Of a stretch of 24,000 nucleotides of DNA, positions 17,560-24,000 are shown in pieces. Origin of the DNA: Ruminococcus turbiniformis (GTDB lineage Bacteria; Bacillota; Clostridia; Lachnospirales; Lachnospiraceae). The position numbers and the translations under genes are program-made. The notes under the pieces are model-generated. The model did not search any database and was not told the DNA's origin. It saw only the letters and a list, made by a program, of their open reading frames with translations. Location of the stretch: the NCBI RefSeq assembly GCF_020687545.1, contig NZ_JAJEQX010000017.1:33023-57022 (forward strand), written 5' to 3'. Position 1 is the stretch's first letter; each line of letters begins with the position of its first letter.

Positions 17560-19281
17560 TTAAAAGGTAAGCATTCCCCTTTTTACCGTCTCTTCCAGGT
17601 TCTCCTCACGCCCGGTCCTGAAATACGGCAGCCCGTGCGACGTGTTTGACGAAGAAGCCAGAAGGTGAATCTCTCCTTTCCGTATCCCCAGAGCCTTTGC
17701 CACAAAATTCTGGGAAAACTCGGCGTACTGGATGTCGCGGTGCCGGACGGCAAGATACTGCTTTCCGAAATATCCCCTGCAGATTTTCAAAAATCTCTCA
17801 TCTGCGCCCACACGGTCCGTAAAATACTTAAGAATCATGCACAGAAGGGTAATTGCCGCTGCCGCTCCTGCCCCGAGCCATCCAAACAGCCGGTATTCCG
17901 CCGCCGCACTGCCAAACAGTGCCGCTGCCGCCGCCAGACAGATTACCCAGACAGCCGCAGGAATACTCCACGCCGCCCAAACGGATGAAGGAACGCGCTC
18001 GGACTCTGTATCAAACGCCGGAGAAAATTCGGGAAGAAGCAGACTGATCTGCTCGCGGAGTTTCTCTTCCGTACAGTAAAGCGCAAGGAAAGAATCCTTC
18101 TCCGCTGCTTCGTCCCCCATTCCTACATTGACAATCTCTGCCATATATCTGTGTCCGATCCGGGCGACAAAAGACTGTCTGATCTTTAACGCCTGAATCT
18201 TATCCACCGGAATCGTATACTCCACCCGTTTGAAAAATCCGTATTTGATATAAAGCCTGTTTCCGCTCCTCTTTGCGCGGAAATCAAAATACCGGATAAA
18301 ATCTTTGATCGTATCCCAGAGGGCTGACATTACAATAATGGCCGCAAACATAACCCCGGCCGCAGCCCCGAGAAGAGACTGCATCAGATGCGGGCTTGAC
18401 AGCGTCTGCACCGCTGTAACGACCGATTCCACCAGCACAAGAAGCAGGATCAGAACAGACACAATGCTGACAGAATAAAACCCGTGCCGGAGGATATCCC
18501 CAATGTCAGTCGTGACGTCATACCCGCTTTCCTCACTGTCCCGGGCTGCCTGAGGCGTCTCCCCGCCTTTCTCCCCTGCCGGCGCTGTGCCCCGAACAAT
18601 GCTTTCTGCTTCGCCGGGGAAAGGAATCTCTGATCCTGCCGCCCGCATTCTCCCCATGATTTCCTGCTTAAACCACTGCGCGTCTGCCTTTTTCAGCACG
18701 ATCTTCAAATCGGTACTGTCCGCCGTTGAGCGGCTGTTCGTATCGATTTTCACCTTGCATGTGCCGAGAAGAATCTCCAGCACATTCTGTTCCAGATTGA
18801 TGTTGGAAATATTGCGGATGCCGATCGTGTTTTTCTTCTTGTTTACGCTGCCCTTTTCAAGAACAACCGCATTGTCTTCCAAATATATGTATGTTTTGGA
18901 CCAGATAAACACCTGGCTTATTATCGTAATGACAAAGAAAGCCATCACTGCCAGCACGATAAGGGCCCCTCTGTCCGCAAGAAAGGACCAGTCCGCTTCC
19001 AGCAGCTCGTCCACATTTTCGGCAAGCTGGGTAACCGCCAGAATGACAAGCGCTATAATCACCGCCCCGGTCTGCTCCAGGATGACCGAGATATGATTTC
19101 GAAACCTTATCACCTTCTGATCGGCTTCTTTCCGTGCATCTTCTGTCCGGGCATTTTCTGTCTGACTGTTTCCCGTCTGATTCTTTCTGTTATGCCTGTC
19201 TCTTTCCATCTTCTGCTCCGATGCCTCCCTCTCTCTGTTCCTCCACAATTTCATTGATTCTTCTTCTGAGTGTGTCTGCAA
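17560..19281 (-). CDS. Bacterial PH-domain membrane protein (YdbT-like)
   Basis: Multi-TM protein with repeated PH-like segments ('NRLYIKYGFFKRVEYTIPVDKIQALKIRQSFVARIGHRYMAEI...'). Starts inside the end of the upstream PH-domain ORF; an internal start at 19209 is also possible. Confidence 0.8.
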   Translation of the reverse strand: MQTHSEEESMKLWRNREREASEQKMERDRHNRKNQTGNSQTENARTEDARKEADQKVIRFRNHISVILEQTGAVIIALVILAVTQLAENVDELLEADWSFLADRGALIVLAVMAFFVITIISQVFIWSKTYIYLEDNAVVLEKGSVNKKKNTIGIRNISNINLEQNVLEILLGTCKVKIDTNSRSTADSTDLKIVLKKADAQWFKQEIMGRMRAAGSEIPFPGEAESIVRGTAPAGEKGGETPQAARDSEESGYDVTTDIGDILRHGFYSVSIVSVLILLLVLVESVVTAVQTLSSPHLMQSLLGAAAGVMFAAIIVMSALWDTIKDFIRYFDFRAKRSGNRLYIKYGFFKRVEYTIPVDKIQALKIRQSFVARIGHRYMAEIVNVGMGDEAAEKDSFLALYCTEEKLREQISLLLPEFSPAFDTESERVPSSVWAAWSIPAAVWVICLAAAAALFGSAAAEYRLFGWLGAGAAAAITLLCMILKYFTDRVGADERFLKICRGYFGKQYLAVRHRDIQYAEFSQNFVAKALGIRKGEIHLLASSSNTSHGLPYFRTGREENLEETVKRGMLTF

Positions 19282-19843
19282 TCCTCTCTGCCTTCTCGTC
19301 CTCCAGAAATGAGATCGTCACATCGCCTCCGCCTGTTGTCACAATCACTTTCTCCACATGAAAAAGCTGGTCAAAAGGTCCTTTTTTCGTCTGAAGTTTA
19401 TGTACTCTCTCAATCGGCACGATGCTCCGCTTCACAAACAGATACCCTTCCACAATGTCAATGCACTCCTCATTGATGCTGTATCTGTACCTGTGATACC
19501 GGAAATAGGGACTTATCAGGACCTCTGCGGCAAGCAGCACGATCAGGATAAGGGAGATCCATTTTCCCGCCGCAATGTCTTCCGGAAAAATCCAGAAATG
19601 ATTGACTGCAGCGATAACAGCCAGAATAATAATTCCGGTTGTTATATCTGCTGCATACATGCATCTGAGCGCCCGTTTTGATAATTTTTCATACTGCATT
19701 TTCTCTGTCCCGTTTCCTGCTGCCTGACTGGTATTCTGCATATTTTCCTCCTGTATCCGCAGGATTCTGTCTGCACTTTCCGTAAACGGGATGAGCGGAG
19801 ACAGAGTCCTGCATTTCATATGATATAAATGTACTGCCATCAT
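19190..19843 (-). CDS. Bacterial PH-domain (bPH2, YdbS-like) membrane protein
   Basis: 'YRYSINEECIDIVEGYLFVKRSIVPIERVHKLQTKKGPFDQLFHVEKVIVTTGGGDVTISFLEDEKAERIADTLRRRIN' is a canonical YdbS-like segment. Confidence 0.85.
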   Translation of the reverse strand: MMAVHLYHMKCRTLSPLIPFTESADRILRIQEENMQNTSQAAGNGTEKMQYEKLSKRALRCMYAADITTGIIILAVIAAVNHFWIFPEDIAAGKWISLILIVLLAAEVLISPYFRYHRYRYSINEECIDIVEGYLFVKRSIVPIERVHKLQTKKGPFDQLFHVEKVIVTTGGGDVTISFLEDEKAERIADTLRRRINEIVEEQREGGIGAEDGKRQA

Positions 19844-19864
19844 ACGGGATACCTGCTGCCTCTG

Positions 19865-21175
19865 TCAAGCTTTTGAGCTCCATCCGAGGCATTCCCCGAT
19901 GCGCAGCAATCTGTTGTATTTTGCCATATGCTCTGCCCCGCATGGCGCCCCTGCTCTGATCTGATCCGCGCGGAAGGCCACCGCAATATCCGAGACAAGA
20001 GAATCTTCCGTCTCCCCATGCCCCTGTGATATCACCAGATCATACCCGGCTTCTTTCGCTTCCCGGATTATCTCAAATATCTCCGTAAGCGTCCGTGCCC
20101 GGCTGACCCTCACCGAGACTGCATTTGCAGCTCCGATGCGGATTCCTCTCCTTAACCGGTCAATGTCAAAGCCGAACAGTTCCGCTCCCACAATTCGCAC
20201 CCGTTCTCCGAGCAGCTTCGTTATAACTTTCCACCCTTCCCAGTCTTCCGCACCAAGAGGGTCCTCGATGGAACAGATCGGAAATTCTGCCATAAGATCC
20301 TCATAGTATTCTGTCATTTCTCCAGCATTTCTTGTGACTGCAGATCCTTTTTCCCCGCCCTCGCCGCGGAAAATATATACCTTTCTCTCCGCATCATAGA
20401 GATCATCCGCCGCAGCGTTTACCGCGATCACAATATCCCGTCCGGGGCGCAGCCCGCACTGTTCCGCCGCCCGGCGCACTGCACGCAGCGATTCCTTTGT
20501 ATCACCGAGATCCGATGTAAAACCGCCCGTTCCGCTTACTGATGCCGGAAGATTCCTCCTGCGTATTTCCCGTTCAAGGGCATGATAGACTTTCGCGCAG
20601 TCTGCCAGTCCCTCATAAAAAGGTCTCTTTCCCGTCGGAGCAACCATGATTTCCTTAAGATCCAGCCGGTTTGGCACCAATACGCCTCCGTCCAGTACAT
20701 TGACCATCGGCACAGGCAGTCTGTCAGCCTGCACACCGCCCAGGCACCGGTACAGCGGAACCCGCAGAGAACAGGCAGCTGCGCGCGCCGCAGCTGCCGA
20801 CACTGCCAGAGATACATTTCCGCCCGGTCTTTCCTCCTCCGAAATTCCGGAAGAACGAGTCAGCACCCGGTCGATCTCCTCCTGGTCAAACACATTTCTT
20901 CCGATCAGCTCCGCAGCTGTGATGCTGTTCATCGTCTCGGCGGCCTGTTCTGTCCTTCTTGTATCCCGGACAGACTCCCCTCCTGCCTCTGCATTCCCTC
21001 TTCCCGCAGTGTTCTCTCCTGCCTCTCTGTCCCCCTCTCCCGGTACCTCTGAAGGGACAGATGCTGTTCCCACCGTATCCTCTCCTGCCAGCACCTCTGC
21101 CTCCACTGTCGGATTCCCATGTGAGTCAAAAATTTCCCTGGCAAAAATATCCCGTATAAACAACTGTCTGTCCAT
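19865..21175 (-). CDS. Divergent enolase-fold paralog, predicted catalytically inactive
   Basis: 'AREIFDSHGNPTVEAEV', 'LPVPMVNVLDGG', 'CSIEDPLGAEDWEGW', 'GYDLVISQGHGETEDSLVSDIAVAFRADQIRAG' and 'AKYNRLLRIGECLG' align across the enolase family, but catalytic residues are replaced. Confidence 0.9.
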   Translation of the reverse strand: MDRQLFIRDIFAREIFDSHGNPTVEAEVLAGEDTVGTASVPSEVPGEGDREAGENTAGRGNAEAGGESVRDTRRTEQAAETMNSITAAELIGRNVFDQEEIDRVLTRSSGISEEERPGGNVSLAVSAAAARAAACSLRVPLYRCLGGVQADRLPVPMVNVLDGGVLVPNRLDLKEIMVAPTGKRPFYEGLADCAKVYHALEREIRRRNLPASVSGTGGFTSDLGDTKESLRAVRRAAEQCGLRPGRDIVIAVNAAADDLYDAERKVYIFRGEGGEKGSAVTRNAGEMTEYYEDLMAEFPICSIEDPLGAEDWEGWKVITKLLGERVRIVGAELFGFDIDRLRRGIRIGAANAVSVRVSRARTLTEIFEIIREAKEAGYDLVISQGHGETEDSLVSDIAVAFRADQIRAGAPCGAEHMAKYNRLLRIGECLGWSSKA

Positions 21176-21267
21176 CTTTTTTCCGCCTCCCCGCCAAACA
21201 TAATTTCCACGCCCTGTTCTCCAGTTATGGTTCAGTATATTATTCCCGCTTTAAAAACGGTAATGCG

Positions 21268-21296
21268 TTGACTTTTCATATTCCAGAGATTACAAT
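21268..21296 (+). promoter_or_regulatory. Sigma-A-type promoter for the yitT-family gene
   Basis: TTGACT (21268..21273), 17-nt spacer, TACAAT (21291..21296), 59 nt before the ATG. Confidence 0.7.
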
Positions 21297-21355
21297 TCGT
21301 TTAGGTCTTTTGAGAAAAGATCTGCTTAATCTATTTTCTGTATTTGGAGGAACAT

Positions 21356-22198
21356 ATGAAAAGCAAATTTCAGTATTTTTTGACACTTACGTTCAGCGTA
21401 CTTCTCATCGCTGTCGGAACATACTTCTTTAAATTTACAAACAATTTTACGTTCGGAGGCATCACCGGCCTTGCCGTTCTCGTTGCGAAAACCGGCCTGA
21501 TTTCAGCCGGTGACTTCAACCTGATCACGAGTATGATCCTGCTTGTCATCGGGCTTTTCGTCCTCGGCAAAAAGTTTGCCGCAAAGACTGCCTACTGCAG
21601 TATTCTTCTCTCTTTTGTCCTCTCAGCGATGGAGCGGCTCTGGCCCATGAGCGGTCCGTTTACGGACCAGCCCATGCTGGAACTCTGCTTTGCCATTGTG
21701 CTGCCTGCGCTGGGCTCCGCGATTCTCTTCAACATCGGTGCTTCCAGCGGCGGCACAGATATTATTGCAATGATTTTAAAAAAATACTCCAGCTTCGACA
21801 TCGGCCGCGCTCTGATGCTGTCAGATGTCCTGATCACCGGCGCCGGATTCTTTATTTTTGACATCGAAACCGGTCTGTACTCTCTGCTGGGACTTGCGAT
21901 CCGTTCCTTCATGATCGACACGTTTATTGAGAGCTTTAACCTTTCCAAATATTTTAATGTTGTCTGTGACAGCCCCGAACCGATCTGCGACTTTATCGTC
22001 CACACACTCGGGCGCAGCGCCAGCGTATGCCACGCAAAAGGCGCTTATTCCGGCAGGGATAAATATATTATCTTCACTGCCCTCAACAGAGTACAGGCCG
22101 TACACCTGAGAAACTACATCAGGAAAAATGACCCGGAAGCGTTTATTCTGATCTCCAACACAAGCGAGATCATCGGCAAAGGCTTCCACAGTATCTGA
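21356..22198 (+). CDS. YitT family membrane protein (DUF161/DUF2179)
   Basis: 'NNFTFGGITGLAVLVAKTG', 'FNIGASSGGTDIIAMILKKYSSFDIGRALMLSD' and the C-terminal DUF2179 domain 'HTLGRSASVCHAKGAYSGRDKYIIFTALNRVQAVHLRNYIRKNDPEAFILISNTSEIIGKGF'. GGAGG Shine-Dalgarno. Confidence 0.93.
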   Translation: MKSKFQYFLTLTFSVLLIAVGTYFFKFTNNFTFGGITGLAVLVAKTGLISAGDFNLITSMILLVIGLFVLGKKFAAKTAYCSILLSFVLSAMERLWPMSGPFTDQPMLELCFAIVLPALGSAILFNIGASSGGTDIIAMILKKYSSFDIGRALMLSDVLITGAGFFIFDIETGLYSLLGLAIRSFMIDTFIESFNLSKYFNVVCDSPEPICDFIVHTLGRSASVCHAKGAYSGRDKYIIFTALNRVQAVHLRNYIRKNDPEAFILISNTSEIIGKGFHSI

Positions 22199-22262
22199 TT
22201 TCACAACAGATCTTTCACAATAAATCAGCTGAAATAAACCAGTCCGGAAGGAGAACAGACAA

Positions 22263-24000
22263 ATGAAACATCTTGTCATTGCCGAAAAACCGTCCGTTGC
22301 CCGCGATATTGCCCGGGTTCTCGGATGCACAAAGAAAACAAACTCTTATATGGAAGGAAAAGACTACATCGTCACCTGGGCCCTTGGCCACCTTGTCACG
22401 CTGGCGGACCCGGAACAGTACGGAGAACAGTATAAGACATGGAGCATGGATACGCTTCCCATGATTCCAAAACATTGGAAACTGGAAGTCATCCGCCAGA
22501 CGTCGCGCCAGTATCACTCCGTAAAAGAGCAGATTTTCCGAAAAGACGTGTCTGACATTATCATCGCCACCGACGCGGGAAGAGAGGGCGAGCTGGTCGC
22601 CAGATGGATTCTGGAAAAAGCCGGAAACGAAAAGCCATTAAAGCGGCTCTGGATCTCCTCCGTTACCGACCGGGCGATCCGGGAAGGCTTCGCACACCTG
22701 AAACCGGGAAAAGACTATGACAATCTGTACCACGCTGCCGTGGCGCGCGCTGAGTCGGACTGGGTTGTGGGAATCAACGCCACACGGGCCCTGACATGCA
22801 AATACAACGCCCAGCTCTCCTGCGGCCGGGTACAGACGCCCACCCTCGCCATGATCGCAGCAAGGGAGGAAGAAATCCGAAAATTCGTCCCGAAACCCTA
22901 TTACGGACTGAAAGCTTCGGCGGGAGGCGTCTCTTTTGCCTGGACAGACGCATCCTCCGGCTCCGGACGCACCTTTGACCGCAGAAGAATTGAGAATATC
23001 CGCCGCTCTGCCGGAAAAGAACTCTGCGTCACCGAAGTGACAAAGAAGGCGAAAAAGAGTTTCTCTCCTGCCCTGTACGATCTGACTGCTCTTCAGAAAG
23101 ACGCAAGCTCAAAATACGGCTTCTCCGCCAAAACGACGCTGAACCTGATGCAGCGCCTTTATGAAACCCACAAGGTGCTGACATATCCCCGCACGGACTC
23201 CCGCTATCTCACCGACGACATGGTGGGAACTCTGAAAGAGCGGCTGAACGCCTGTGCCGTCGGCCCCTGGCGCAAAACGGCTGCCAGACTTGCCATGCAG
23301 CCCATCCGCGCGGACAAATCTTTCGTCAACAATGCGAAAGTCTCCGACCACCACGCCATCATACCGACAGAGCAGTTCGTACGTCTGGAGGATATGAGCA
23401 GTGACGAGAGAAAGATCTACGAGATGGTTGTGCGCCGTTTTCTTGCTGTGCTCTCCCCGGCCTGCGAGTATGAAGAGACCTCTGCGACCGGAAAAATCGG
23501 AGATGAGATTTTCCGCGCAAAAGGAAATGTCATGCTGCACCCCGGCTGGCAGGAAGTATACGGAGAAGGCTGGCAGGATCTGGGCGGGGAAGAGGAGGAT
23601 GACGACAGCGACTTCTCAGGGCCAGCCGCGGTTGCCGGGCTGGCTGCCGGCCCAGGACTGTCTGCCGGTTCTGGAACAGTTGCCGGTTCCGGAATGGCTG
23701 CACTTTCTCATCTGAAAAAAGGGGACCGTATTCCGGTCTCGGCCCTGACAGTCACAGAAGGAAAGACAAAGCCGCCTGCGTATTTCACGGAAGGAACCCT
23801 TGTCGCGGCTATGGAAAACCCGGTCCGGTATATGGAGCACCGGGACAGAACGCTGGAGCGCACCTTAGGCGAAACCGGAGGGCTCGGGACAGTGGCCACC
23901 CGCGCGGACATTATCGAAAAGCTGTTCAACAGTTTTCTCATGGAAAAGAAAGGCAGTGAAATCCACATCACATCCAAAGGAAAACAGCTTCTCTCCCTTG
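22263..24000 (+). CDS. topB: Type IA DNA topoisomerase III; continues past window end
   Basis: Translation from the ATG reads MKHLVIAEKPSVARDIARVLG...IIIATDAGREGELVARWIL...LSCGRVQTPTLAMI...VLTYPRTDSRYLTDDM...TRADIIEKLFNSFLMEKKGSEIHITSKGKQLLSL. Open to the window end, so absent from the supplied ORF track. Confidence 0.97.
   Translation, partial: MKHLVIAEKPSVARDIARVLGCTKKTNSYMEGKDYIVTWALGHLVTLADPEQYGEQYKTWSMDTLPMIPKHWKLEVIRQTSRQYHSVKEQIFRKDVSDIIIATDAGREGELVARWILEKAGNEKPLKRLWISSVTDRAIREGFAHLKPGKDYDNLYHAAVARAESDWVVGINATRALTCKYNAQLSCGRVQTPTLAMIAAREEEIRKFVPKPYYGLKASAGGVSFAWTDASSGSGRTFDRRRIENIRRSAGKELCVTEVTKKAKKSFSPALYDLTALQKDASSKYGFSAKTTLNLMQRLYETHKVLTYPRTDSRYLTDDMVGTLKERLNACAVGPWRKTAARLAMQPIRADKSFVNNAKVSDHHAIIPTEQFVRLEDMSSDERKIYEMVVRRFLAVLSPACEYEETSATGKIGDEIFRAKGNVMLHPGWQEVYGEGWQDLGGEEEDDDSDFSGPAAVAGLAAGPGLSAGSGTVAGSGMAALSHLKKGDRIPVSALTVTEGKTKPPAYFTEGTLVAAMENPVRYMEHRDRTLERTLGETGGLGTVATRADIIEKLFNSFLMEKKGSEIHITSKGKQLLSL

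Noticed and set aside
1-24000. Defence system, CRISPR array, prophage or biosynthetic cluster
   Set aside because: No regularly spaced repeats, cas, restriction-modification, toxin-antitoxin, phage structural or RiPP maturase genes were seen in the window.

Overview
This looks like an ordinary chromosomal segment from a low-GC Clostridia, probably Lachnospiraceae-like (inferred from gene content and order). Most of it is housekeeping genes on the minus strand: a GT2 glycosyltransferase start, a FucO-like Fe-ADH, a TetR regulator, an HtrA/DegP protease, ppdK, an M18 aminopeptidase, glyQS, recO, a YqzL-like small gene, era, an M16C metallopeptidase and two bacterial PH-domain (YdbS/YdbT-like) proteins. 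Plus-strand genes are a small XRE regulator, a YitT-family protein and topB, which runs off the window. No CRISPR array, tRNA, rRNA, defence island or prophage was seen. The best second-look items are: (1) an enolase paralog (19865..21175) in which nearly every catalytic or Mg-binding position is substituted; (2) a ~991 bp RAYT/IS200-like transposase element (9948..10938) with mirrored terminal hairpins and ~22-nt iteron-like subterminal arrays; (3) a separate 49-nt near-perfect palindrome between the M16 gene and era that shares the GGGGACGTA core with that element; (4) an 84-aa peptide gene with a 9-nt perfect Shine-Dalgarno and a leader-like N-terminus. All calls come from reading the sequence and recognising motifs. 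No database search or computation was run.
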